Source of the DNA: Bdellovibrio sp.
GTDB lineage: Bacteria; Bdellovibrionota; Bdellovibrionia; Bdellovibrionales; Bdellovibrionaceae
Assembly: GCA_046318155.1 (NCBI GenBank)
Contig: JBKCUU010000117.1
Location: 1-33,073 of the forward strand
Length of the DNA stretch: 33,073 nucleotides
Reading direction: 5' to 3'
Below are positions 15,638 to 25,850 of this stretch, one piece after another. Made by a program: the position numbers and the translations under genes. The stretch's first letter is position 1. Each line of letters begins with the position of its first letter. The notes beneath the pieces were generated by a model. It made no database searches and was not told the origin of the DNA. It saw only the letters and a list, made by a program, of their open reading frames with translations.

Positions 15638-17250
15638 CTCTTTACCTGGCAGGCTTTTTTAACGTTCACTTGGTAGTTGGCCAACTCATCAAACCAGACT
15701 TCGTTGCCATCGGCAGGAAAGCGAAGTGTGTCTTTTTGAGTGGAGCCGGTGCTACCAACTTTGACATCGCCAGGGCCGGTGACTTTAGCTTTCACCAACT
15801 GATCGGCCAGCGATGTTTGCTGAATCACCTCAGCTTCAACGATGTGCATTTTTGCTAAGATCTTGCGGGTGTCTTCGACTTCGTTCTTCGCCATCTCTTG
15901 CACACGCGAGAGCGTTGCAGATTTGGCCATGCGTGCACGGCCAAGAAGGGTTTGCTTCAAGTTTTCAAAGGTTGATTGAAGACCTGTTTGCGCCAAGAAC
16001 TGCGCATAGAGCTCTTCAGCAACTTTGGCTTCGCGCTCGAGATCAGCCTGGGCCTTTGACAGCTCACGCAGACGTTGATCGCGCGTGATTTGACGAGGAA
16101 GGCCTTGAGCCTCTTTGCCAAGCTCTTCCCATTTTACATTGCGAGTTCGAACTTCGTTAATCACTTTGGTGACCGCCGGAGTCTCGGGCTCCTGAGCCAA
16201 TTTCTTCAAAACTTCAGTGCGGTTCTTAAACTGAACCGGAAAAACCTGGAGGCTTTTGACAACGCCGGGGTAATCACAAACTTTGAGTTGAGCGAGCGCG
16301 CGCACAAAATAACTTTCGGCTCCGACCTGACCTTTAAAGATGGGGTTCACCAAAGTTTGTGTAATCGCCAGTGCATTTTGCGGTTCACCCTTGCGGATAA
16401 ACGACCAGGCTGACTCTTCTTGAGCATCTAACCAGTAGTCAGAACCCTTCGGGATCTTACCATAGTAGCGACGAGCCGCATCGAAGTAGCCGTTTTGAAA
16501 CAAAAGTCGTGCTGCTGTCAGATTCAAGAGGTCTGTCGAAACGGGGCTGTTCTTTGTTTTAAGAAGCGCGGCCATAATCTTAGCGGCTTGATCGGGCTGA
16601 TCACCTAACGAGTAAGCCAGGGCCAAGTTCCATTCAACAAGAGCGCGCTCGGGTGAATCGGTGGGTGCACGCTTGGCTAAGTTTTTCAGCTCCTCAAGAC
16701 CTTGCTTTTGCGTGACCTGGCGAGTTTTGGCCTTCACTTCATAGTTCAAACCAAAAACCTCGGTCCAAGCCTCATTCCAAGTCAGTAAGGCGATCTTCCA
16801 CGCGGGGTGGTTCTCGGTGGCCGCTTCTTTAAAAAGGCTCAGCAAATGAAAATGAATTTTCTTGGGCTCTCGAATCGCGAACATCTCTTCAAGACCCGTC
16901 GTTGTCAGGCCACTTTTAAATTTTAAAAGTGCCTGCAGCGCTTGACCATTGGCTGATCGCTCAAACCCTGTTCCACCAAAGGCGGCTTGAGACTGAATCA
17001 AGGCCTTCTCCCAGTGGGCAGCCTCAAGATGACGAAAAAAGATGTTTTGCTCAGAGGTTGGTCTTGAATCCTGCAAGCTGCGAACAGTGTCGACCAAAAA
17101 GCTTTGCTCTCGCGCGGTTTTAACGGCAGGAGCTTGTCCGGATTGGGCTTTGCTATCGCCATCCAGCAAACTCTCAAGATCTTCAGCGGCAAAAGCCACT
17201 GTTCCTGAAAGTGCCATGAATGAGGCTAAGCAAACATATTTGCGAATCAT
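15634..17250 (-). CDS. Periplasmic TPR protein, GltC-like
   Basis: Signal peptide AFA-AE; TPR segments (YYGKIPKGSDYWLDAQEESAWS); C-terminal EVWFDELANYQVNVKKAC resembles GltC; ATGA overlap with the barrel gene. Confidence 0.78.
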   Translation of the reverse strand: MIRKYVCLASFMALSGTVAFAAEDLESLLDGDSKAQSGQAPAVKTAREQSFLVDTVRSLQDSRPTSEQNIFFRHLEAAHWEKALIQSQAAFGGTGFERSANGQALQALLKFKSGLTTTGLEEMFAIREPKKIHFHLLSLFKEAATENHPAWKIALLTWNEAWTEVFGLNYEVKAKTRQVTQKQGLEELKNLAKRAPTDSPERALVEWNLALAYSLGDQPDQAAKIMAALLKTKNSPVSTDLLNLTAARLLFQNGYFDAARRYYGKIPKGSDYWLDAQEESAWSFIRKGEPQNALAITQTLVNPIFKGQVGAESYFVRALAQLKVCDYPGVVKSLQVFPVQFKNRTEVLKKLAQEPETPAVTKVINEVRTRNVKWEELGKEAQGLPRQITRDQRLRELSKAQADLEREAKVAEELYAQFLAQTGLQSTFENLKQTLLGRARMAKSATLSRVQEMAKNEVEDTRKILAKMHIVEAEVIQQTSLADQLVKAKVTGPGDVKVGSTGSTQKDTLRFPADGNEVWFDELANYQVNVKKACQVKR

Positions 17251-17956
17251 AGCAGCCATCCCATTTGAACGGAGGCCAGTGCCAAGTCCAAATTCACGGG
17301 TCCATTAAAGTAAGACGCTTCATAACGTTGGTAAGCCATTTCGATGCGAGTGCTAAAGCGCGGTGAGAACCACAGTCCCAATCCGCCGCCGCCTGTATAC
17401 GTCGATGTGCTTCCAGAGCTGAGCTGAACGGTTCCGGCTCCGGCTAAGAAGTAAGCATCAAACTGCACGATCGCAGAATCCAGCCAATTGACTTTTCCGT
17501 AAATGGGCGACCAGTTGAGCAAGGCCATGGTTTCGCTCTTCGGGTAGTTCAATTCTGGGATGGTCGCCGAGGGGTTCTTGGGATCTTTGAGGTAGGCTTG
17601 GTAAGCACGGTCAACCAACGCTTCTCCTTCAGGAGTGAGACGGTTGTAGGCCGAGCGGTACTTCGCACCAACCGCCCAACGAGGCGTTAGATGGTAATAC
17701 ACGTTGAGACCTAAGTTTTGCGTGCGGACGTAAGTGTCACCACCAAAGGTTCCACCAAACTCAGGGGCGATCTCAAAACGGTTTCGCAAAGAGACCGTGC
17801 GCGACTGAACCACGGTTGTTTCAACTTCGGGGTTCAGGGCTTGAGCTTTTTCGAGAAGGATTTTGTTGCCACCAAGGCCGTCAAAATCGTCTTCAGTTTC
17901 GTTCACTGCAAAGGCGAAGCTTGAAGACATCACCAGTAAAAAAAGAAGAGCGCGTT

Positions 17957-17960
<4 letters not shown>
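17247..17960 (-). CDS. Outer-membrane beta-barrel protein, GltA/GltB-like
   Basis: Signal peptide; VVQSR...NRFEI, WSPIYGK, FDAYFLAGAG, GGGLG amphipathic strands; aromatic C-terminal strand; AAGGAG RBS. Confidence 0.85.
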
Positions 17961-19213
<1,253 letters not shown>

Positions 19214-19218
19214 TCTGG

Positions 19219-20340
19219 TCACCCCTGTCCTGATCTTCTCAGCGTAAATGGATAGCTTACTTTGACGTCAACGCCGCCATCGGGAAGAGGAAACTTCCAC
19301 GATTTGAGGCGCATCACGATACAATCTTCAACGGTCTTTGCTTTAAGTGTGCTGTTTGCAACACCCGCCTCTTTCACCATGCCGTTTCCGCCAATGGTAA
19401 AATCAACGGCCACGCGGCCATTCAAAGCGGCATCACTTTGCAGACCTTGCTCATAGCAAAATCGAATTTGGCCTTGGTTGCGATTAATCACCGCCGCGAT
19501 CTGATCGCGATCTAAGCCTTGTGCAACGCTGGCCTCAGCACCGAGCGGGATGGCGCTGACGCCCGTTGAACCCGTGAGGGCCAACTTTCCATAACCGGCT
19601 TGTCCGCCGCCTTTGCCTTTAGTGCCGTAGCCACCCGCACCTTGAACATTGGCGCCCGCACCCAAGGGGGCCGACACGATGCCTTTAGCATAAAGTGAAG
19701 TTTGCGTTCCGCCGCTGCCCTGAGTCCCGCCCAAGCCAGGTCCTGCCGTGGTTTGCGCGGCACCAAGATTCAGGCCGCCACGTTGTTTGCTCTTATTGAG
19801 GCTTCCCAAAGCCGAGAGAGCGCCCATGCGTTTGATTGCAGCCGTTTTAGTCGGCGCCTTTTGAGTGGGCTCTGTCGCCGAATTCGCGATGATGGCTTTT
19901 GGCTGCTCAGGCTTCACCATTGATTTCACGATGCGAACAACCTGTTGCTGAAGTTCTTCTTCAAGCTTGGGCGTCATCTCGGCCACATTTCGAAGCGCCG
20001 AGCCCAAAGAGAGGACCAGCAAAAATAAAATCGCGAGCGTGAAATAAAGAACGCGGCGGTTCTCCTCATGATCTTTTTCGTCGCGAACAACTTCACCCAC
20101 GTTTTCGATCAGGCTCAAGTGTCCAAGTTCGCCGACCAAGTGGGGCTTTTGGTTCAAACCATCGCGGCTCAGTTCACCGAGTGATTCAAAGGGAATTTTT
20201 CTTTTTTGGAGGTCATCAGTGCTTTGCACCAGCTCTAAGCGGCGCGTGTCTCCACGGCGAATGACTTGAACGGGCTCACCCGACCAAGCAAACGCTCTTA
20301 AAACGCGTCCTTCGTTGTCTTGCAATACGAGTTTTTCCAT
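19219..20340 (-). CDS. gltG: GltG/AgmX/PglI-type TonB-like energy transducer
   Basis: Single TM helix, Gly-rich linker, and C-terminal GLDRDQIAAVI...IRFCYEQGL...LNGRVAVDFTI...VEDCI...WKFP.P.GG.DVKVSYPF domain. Confidence 0.88.
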   Translation of the reverse strand: MEKLVLQDNEGRVLRAFAWSGEPVQVIRRGDTRRLELVQSTDDLQKRKIPFESLGELSRDGLNQKPHLVGELGHLSLIENVGEVVRDEKDHEENRRVLYFTLAILFLLVLSLGSALRNVAEMTPKLEEELQQQVVRIVKSMVKPEQPKAIIANSATEPTQKAPTKTAAIKRMGALSALGSLNKSKQRGGLNLGAAQTTAGPGLGGTQGSGGTQTSLYAKGIVSAPLGAGANVQGAGGYGTKGKGGGQAGYGKLALTGSTGVSAIPLGAEASVAQGLDRDQIAAVINRNQGQIRFCYEQGLQSDAALNGRVAVDFTIGGNGMVKEAGVANSTLKAKTVEDCIVMRLKSWKFPLPDGGVDVKVSYPFTLRRSGQG

Positions 20341-20379
20341 ACACTCCTTCGCTGAAGAACCACCAGGGTTCGTGGTCCC

Positions 20380-20652
20380 TTAGTTCCGCTCGGCCGAATT
20401 CTCGAGACGGTCTTTAAAATCATTGCGAACGCCAATCAAAGCATCGAGCACTTTGTCTTCTTCAACCGTCGTCACGGACTCGTCCGAAAAGTGGTACTTT
20501 CCTTGAACCAGTAAATCTTCAAAGCTGTGCTCTGTTTGCGATTCGCCAACGATGGTCTTCTTTTTTGCCGTCTCTGTCGGGGCCGCAAAGGCTCCGAGCG
20601 AGAGCAAAACGATCAAAGACACCACTGTCAGTTTTAAGTTCTGCATGATCAT
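20380..20652 (-). CDS. gltF: GltF/CglF-like small secreted gliding protein
   Basis: Signal peptide; SFEDLLVQG...LIGVRNDFKDRL resembles the CglF pattern; located between the large TPR gene and gltG. Confidence 0.7.
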   Translation of the reverse strand: MIMQNLKLTVVSLIVLLSLGAFAAPTETAKKKTIVGESQTEHSFEDLLVQGKYHFSDESVTTVEEDKVLDALIGVRNDFKDRLENSAERN

Positions 20653-23615
20653 TGCTTCATCTCCGCAGGCGCGGGCAAGGTTCGAAGGCGGCCTTCGAGG
20701 TATTGCACCATCGCAAAGTTTTTCGATTTCTTTTCAAGATTCAAAAGATTGGTCGCGAGCTGACGATCAAGTGGATTCTGACGAACCGACTCGCGCGCAG
20801 CTTCGATTTCTTTAAGTTCTGGCAAACCCACAACGCTCTGACTGTTTTTCGCTTCAAGACCCACAAAAAACTCTTGGTCCGAAGCCAGCGCTGCAGATTT
20901 TAAAGCCGCGAGCTCTTGTGCAATCAGGGCGCGAAACTCGGCGCCCTCGTTCACAGATTTTTCAAGATCCGTTTTCCAAGTTGTGCCGGTCCAGAACTCT
21001 TTCACTTTGCTTTGAGCTTGCTCGGCTTTGAGCTTAAAGGGCGACGCTTGTTGTCCCAGAAGTTGCAAGTACTCTTGCTCCTCTTCGGGCTGCAAACCTT
21101 CGGGCATCGGCAAAGACATCAACTCTTGGTAAAATCGGTCCGACTCACGCGCAACGAGATCGATGGTCACCAATTGTGATGTCCAGTCCCCGCTCTGAAT
21201 GGCGCCGCCCGCAAGCTTTTCGGCTTTGGTCAACTCGGCCGCACGGTCTTTGATCGTTTTAGCCAACGTCTTTTGCGTCTTGGCATCGAGTTGCATCGCA
21301 CTCAGTTTGGCTTTCTGAGTACTGAAATCTTTCAGCAAAGAAACACGCGCAAGCAAACGGCCCCAGTTGGTGTTTTGCACTTTGCTATCAAGCGACGCCT
21401 TTTTCAAAATCTGATCCGTGGGCGTTTTGCTGTAAGCCTCCGTGTACAAACGCGCAAGCAAGTCGGGCGCTTGATCCAAGATGGGCTTTTGGGTTTGGAT
21501 CTCTTTCACGGGGTCTTTGCTACGACGAACGATTTCAGAGGCGACTGCTTGCCGGGCCTCGGGATCTTTGGTCGATTTTAAGTACTGTTCGTACAAAGGA
21601 ACTGGGTTTTGCCCTGACAAATCAGCATAGAGAGCGAGCTTTAAGGTTTTTTGCTCGGGCGCCTGGCCTTTCAGCTCCATTTGCGAGGTCGCTTTGTAAG
21701 CACCGGCGAAATCAAGCTTAAGCTCGGATAGCCAGGCCTTGCGGCCCAAAGCGAACTCGCGGTCCTCGGGCTTCAAATCTTTTTGAATGAGCAAATCATC
21801 AGCGGCGTTGCGGGCCACATCAAATTGATTGGTCTTCTCGGCCAAGATCAGTTTATTTTTTAAAAAAATAATGCGGTCTGAAGGCGAAGCCTCGCGCGCA
21901 TCAAACTTGGCCAAGACGGCCATCGCAGCGGCGGGATCATAGTGAGCCAAGGCGGCCGACCTGGACAGCAGTGCTTTTTGTCCCACTTGATTAAACTCAG
22001 ACGCCTGGTCTTTAAAGGCACCCGCGTACTCTTTTGACCACGCGATCATCTTGTCTTCGTCTTTCAAAGTTCCAAGCGCATCCAATGACAAATCCGCAGC
22101 TTGTTTGCGAAGGGCGCTGGGTCCTTTGGGATCGAGGGCCAGTTTTTTCATTTCATCAGCGGCGGCCTGGTGCTGATTTTGATCGTAAAGACGTTTGGCT
22201 TTTTGGTACGAAACTTCAAAGCTCTTGGAGCCTTTTTTGGTTTCTTTGACGTACAGGTCTTGCGCGCGAATGAGCAAAGCATCATCACCTGAAGCTTCGG
22301 CATTCTCGATATTTGTGAGCAAAGCCGCTTCAAGCTTGTCATCCGCTGAGGTCGTTGCTTTGGCTGCTGAGGGCTGCCCCTTGATGGCAAAGACGGCCTG
22401 CTCTTGGCGGGCGCTCGCGGTTTTCCAGTCTTTGAGTTCTTTCGCAACTTGAGCTCCCCACAAATTCATCTCGGCATCTTCGGGGATGGCTTCAAGATAA
22501 AGACCGTAAGCTTTTGAAAGCTCTGGCGTCGGTGACTTCTTCTCGGCCTGATTCCAAACGATGATAAACTGCCGGTAAAGTTTTTGCGATTCGGCGCACT
22601 CGGCTTTGCCGCAACCCTTCAGCTCTTTCCACAAAGCTGTCGCCGACTCCATGTCTTGCAAGGCTTTGGAGCGATCGCCTGTCTCAAGCAACAAAGGCGC
22701 GCGGTGAAGCAAGACGTCCAAACGCTCAGCCGGTGCAGATTGGTGGTTGTAAACAAAGTTCCAAACCATCAAGGCTTCTTTTTTGCGGCCCACACGCTCA
22801 GCCTCAGCGGCCAAAAGTGTCACGTTCTGAACGCGGGTGTTTTCAGGGCTCAAAGAAAAGAGCTGCTCAACGTCTGAAGGCTCAAGCGCATTCTTCGACA
22901 AAAAAGTCGCCAAGTCGCGGCTGACTTCTTCTTTAAATTGTGGATCGATCTGACTGGCCGACACTCCCGTGCGAGTCAAGAGGGCCGGTGTTTTTAAAAT
23001 CAAAATCAGCTCTTGGCTGGCCCCTTGGCTATCACCCAAATTGAAGGAGCTCCACGCACTTCGGTACGCAGCCAGTCCGCGCGAAGAAGCCGTGGGGATT
23101 TTCAGAACTTCTTGGTAGCCTTTGCGAGCTTCAGCAAACTGATTTTTCTTGAACGACATTTCGGCCAAAGACAAATGCGCTTCTGCGCGGGCCTGTGGGT
23201 CCGCCGCATCGGCCGCGATCTTGCCATAACACGAGCGTGCTTCAGATTCGTTGCCGGTCATTTGGTACAAGTGACCCAATTGGATCACGACTTTTCCGCG
23301 GTTCGCCGCCGGAACGCGGTCCAAAACATCACGGTAAAGTCGAATCGCTTTTTCGCGGTCATTTTGACCCGCGGTGCACGTCGTGCAGCCGCTTTCGAGC
23401 TCTGCCATTGAGTTCACGCGTGCGCGCTCAGCCAAAAGATCGGCCAAACGCAATGAAACCGACACTTTTGAAGAGTCGGCGGGAGCGAGAGTTAAATTTA
23501 CTTTTGTGAGCTTCTCGATCAACAGATCACGGCTACCCGTGTCCATCTGCGCGAAGACGGGTAACCCGAGAGCTATCCCTGCTGACAGCGTCAATACGGT
23601 GATTAACTTCTTCAT
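20649..23615 (-). CDS. Large periplasmic TPR protein, GltD/AgmU-like
   Basis: Signal peptide; RLADLLAERAR; multiple TPRs (YRSAWSSFNLGD); C-terminal PMPEGL.PEE...Y...L; operon context. Confidence 0.8.
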   Translation of the reverse strand: MKKLITVLTLSAGIALGLPVFAQMDTGSRDLLIEKLTKVNLTLAPADSSKVSVSLRLADLLAERARVNSMAELESGCTTCTAGQNDREKAIRLYRDVLDRVPAANRGKVVIQLGHLYQMTGNESEARSCYGKIAADAADPQARAEAHLSLAEMSFKKNQFAEARKGYQEVLKIPTASSRGLAAYRSAWSSFNLGDSQGASQELILILKTPALLTRTGVSASQIDPQFKEEVSRDLATFLSKNALEPSDVEQLFSLSPENTRVQNVTLLAAEAERVGRKKEALMVWNFVYNHQSAPAERLDVLLHRAPLLLETGDRSKALQDMESATALWKELKGCGKAECAESQKLYRQFIIVWNQAEKKSPTPELSKAYGLYLEAIPEDAEMNLWGAQVAKELKDWKTASARQEQAVFAIKGQPSAAKATTSADDKLEAALLTNIENAEASGDDALLIRAQDLYVKETKKGSKSFEVSYQKAKRLYDQNQHQAAADEMKKLALDPKGPSALRKQAADLSLDALGTLKDEDKMIAWSKEYAGAFKDQASEFNQVGQKALLSRSAALAHYDPAAAMAVLAKFDAREASPSDRIIFLKNKLILAEKTNQFDVARNAADDLLIQKDLKPEDREFALGRKAWLSELKLDFAGAYKATSQMELKGQAPEQKTLKLALYADLSGQNPVPLYEQYLKSTKDPEARQAVASEIVRRSKDPVKEIQTQKPILDQAPDLLARLYTEAYSKTPTDQILKKASLDSKVQNTNWGRLLARVSLLKDFSTQKAKLSAMQLDAKTQKTLAKTIKDRAAELTKAEKLAGGAIQSGDWTSQLVTIDLVARESDRFYQELMSLPMPEGLQPEEEQEYLQLLGQQASPFKLKAEQAQSKVKEFWTGTTWKTDLEKSVNEGAEFRALIAQELAALKSAALASDQEFFVGLEAKNSQSVVGLPELKEIEAARESVRQNPLDRQLATNLLNLEKKSKNFAMVQYLEGRLRTLPAPAEMKQ

Positions 23616-23680
23616 CTCTCAAGCCCCCCCTGACTAAGATCCGGACCTACTGGCTGTACCTACTGACTTCGCCGAAGTCG

Positions 23681-24178
23681 CTACTGCGCAAGAACGGCAA
23701 AGCGAATATCGCTAAACCCCGCATGCGCACAGGCCAGAACAATCTGATTTAAAAATTCATATTTGACGCGTCGATCAGCTTGAACGGTCACGATGCCCGG
23801 AAATTCCTGGCCCGTCCGCTCCGCCGAAAACTTTTGGCGCAGCTCCAGGAGAGCCGCGACTAAGCCATCACCCGTGACAGTTTTATCTTCGAGATAAATC
23901 TGACCCTCTTCGACTTTAACAACGGGGTTGCGCTCAAGCAGCTCGGTCAGTGCGGCCTTTGGCAGCTCGGTGTCCTTACCGATTGAGAGCAAATCTCCCG
24001 TGCTCGAAAAACTCATCAAAAGAAAGATCACCAAAATCGAAAACGCATCAACAAGCGCAGTCAGCAAAAGATCGGCCGCCATGTTACGCTTGTGCCCGTG
24101 CCCTTTGGGCTTGAGCAGCGATGTCTGCGCCAGGTGACTGGTCAGCGTGCTCTGTTCGAGAATGCTTTGGTTCATCAT
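23681..24178 (-). CDS. aglS: ExbD/TolR family protein (AglS-like)
   Basis: TM LLLTALVDAFSILVIFLL with the conserved Asp; ELPKA; VQADRRVKY; AGFSDIRFAV. Confidence 0.88.
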   Translation of the reverse strand: MMNQSILEQSTLTSHLAQTSLLKPKGHGHKRNMAADLLLTALVDAFSILVIFLLMSFSSTGDLLSIGKDTELPKAALTELLERNPVVKVEEGQIYLEDKTVTGDGLVAALLELRQKFSAERTGQEFPGIVTVQADRRVKYEFLNQIVLACAHAGFSDIRFAVLAQ

Positions 24179-24219
24179 ATTACAAGTCTCCCCCGCGTCC
24201 CCAAGGACACAAGTGAATT

Positions 24220-24675
24220 TTAGAGCGGAACGACACCCAGGTCGCTGAGGCCCGCTTTTTTAAATCGATCCATCAAATGAATGATGGCCTCGTACGAGGT
24301 CTGTGCTTTGGGTTGAATCAAAGCCGTTCGCAAATCAGGTTCAGACTGCTTCATCTGCGCCATGATGCTGTCGAATTGCTCGGTGTTGATTTGGCCATCG
24401 ACCGCCGCAATCGTGAGTTTTCGCAAACCAGCAGGCAAGCGCGAAGCGTCTTTAGCTTCGAGCATCAGCTCACCCTTTTCGCCCATAAAAACCCACAGGA
24501 TCGCCTTCTTCTCAGTTTCGGCGGCCGGTTGTCCACCGACAGCTTGTTTGACATTCATGGTTCCAATGTTCAGCCACACCGCCGTCAAAAGAAGAAAGCA
24601 GATACAAACCGAAAGCAAATCGATGAACGGAACTAAGTTCAATTCAAAATCGAGATGTTTGGATTGCTTGCGCAT
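24220..24675 (-). CDS. aglQ: ExbD/TolR family protein (AglQ-like)
   Basis: TM ELNLVPFIDLLSVCICFLL with the conserved Asp; YEAIIHLMD...AG; TAATG overlap with the upstream gene. Confidence 0.88.
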   Translation of the reverse strand: MRKQSKHLDFELNLVPFIDLLSVCICFLLLTAVWLNIGTMNVKQAVGGQPAAETEKKAILWVFMGEKGELMLEAKDASRLPAGLRKLTIAAVDGQINTEQFDSIMAQMKQSEPDLRTALIQPKAQTSYEAIIHLMDRFKKAGLSDLGVVPL

Positions 24676-25382
24676 TAAGCGTTCGCTTCCCGAGTCGCAT
24701 CAGAACCCTTCGCCGTCCGGAACGACGTGAAACCAGCAGGCTCATACGTGTAGCTGAGCCAGTTGAAAGCCTTCAGAGCTGCCGTGTTGAGATCTTCAGC
24801 CAGAAGTGTCGCTCGGTTCTGCAAAATCGCGTAAGCAACCAAAGCCGGAATCGCCGCAATCAGCCCATAAGCGGTACAGTTCATGGCTTCAGAGATACCA
24901 GCTGCGAGCAAAGCTGCTTTTTCGGCGGGTGCCGCAAACGCAACAGCTGCGAACGATTGAATCATACCTGTGATGGTTCCAAGAAGACCCATCAAGGTCG
25001 CCACGTTTCCGAGCATCGTGAGGAAACCGGTCCGGCGGTCAATCAAAGCATTTTCGTGAATGAGAACCTCATCCATTTTGCCTTGGATCTCGTCTTTCCC
25101 ACCTAAGTTTTTAGCTGTTTTTGCACCAATCAAAACCGCACGCGCAACGGGCTCTTTGGCCTCAAGTGCTTTGGCTTTTTCGATGACCGACGAGATTTCA
25201 CCGCGACGAACAGAGTCTTCAAAACCCATCACGACTTGGCCTTGGTTTGTTTTGCGTTTGAAAAATAAAGTGTACGAGCGCTCAACAATGATGGCGATCG
25301 AAACGACTTGAATGACCAAAATTGGGTACATCCAGATTCCACCGTGATTAAAGGCAACTGCGACTTTTGACAAAAACTCCAT
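24675..25382 (-). CDS. aglR: MotA/TolQ/ExbB proton channel protein (AglR-like)
   Basis: GGIWMYPIL, IIVER, ATLMGLLGTITGMI.SF and GISEAMNCTAYGL; AGGGGG RBS. Confidence 0.95.
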   Translation of the reverse strand: MEFLSKVAVAFNHGGIWMYPILVIQVVSIAIIVERSYTLFFKRKTNQGQVVMGFEDSVRRGEISSVIEKAKALEAKEPVARAVLIGAKTAKNLGGKDEIQGKMDEVLIHENALIDRRTGFLTMLGNVATLMGLLGTITGMIQSFAAVAFAAPAEKAALLAAGISEAMNCTAYGLIAAIPALVAYAILQNRATLLAEDLNTAALKAFNWLSYTYEPAGFTSFRTAKGSDATREANA

Positions 25383-25799
25383 TTATCCCCCTGACCCAGA
25401 TCTAACCAGTCTGACGTAAACTTGACTTAAATCCAGGCGTCGATCTTGAGTGCCTCACAAAAAACAAAACAGGTCCACACGAAATTAAAAAGATTTGAGC
25501 AATTTTGTTCATAGTCCTTATAAGAAAAACGGATTTGCCCGTTTTTTGCGCAAAATCGGCGGCCCCTTTCACGCTTGAAAAAAGGTGCGAAATTGAAAAG
25601 AGCAAAAGAATCTGACAAGAAGTGAAACGCCATCTAGCGTCGCGTCTTTAATGGGCCAGATTTCCGGCAAAACCAGCTCACAGGCGGCTTTGAGGCCCAC
25701 AACTCGAGCAGAGTCGGCGCGCCCATTTTTAAGAAAGCCTCTTAAACAGCACAGGAGGCGCGGCCTTTTGCGCCCCGCTCTAGCCTGACCAAACCATAG

Positions 25800-25844
25800 C
25801 GTACTTAATAAAAGTCTAGACTAATTTAAAGTACGGTGTAAAAT
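25800..25844 (+). promoter_or_regulatory. 36-bp dyad operator overlapping a sigma70-like promoter for a probably leaderless transcript
   Basis: CGTACTT-N6-AGTCTAGACT-N6-AAGTACG (25800-25835); TAGACT-N16-TAAAAT (25817-25844); ATG 6 nt after the -10 with no SD. Confidence 0.6.
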
Positions 25845-25850
25845 GGTCAT

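Noticed and set aside
23681..25382. Reading the ExbB/ExbD genes as a nutrient-uptake Ton or Tol-Pal system for the TonB receptor
   Set aside because: Two ExbD paralogues plus TPR, GltF-like and GltG-like genes fit Agl-Glt; there is no tolB or pal, and the receptor is a separate transcription unit.
25402..25512. 36-aa upstream ORF (MNKIAQIFLISCGP...) before the aglR-like gene
   Set aside because: AAGGA lies only 2 nt from the ATG and the region looks like AT-rich promoter DNA; it cannot be supported without Ribo-seq.
25553..25578. Possible sigma28 promoter TCAAG-N13-GCCGATTT on the minus strand for the gliding operon
   Set aside because: Spacing is one base short and the -10 has two mismatches; too weak to call.
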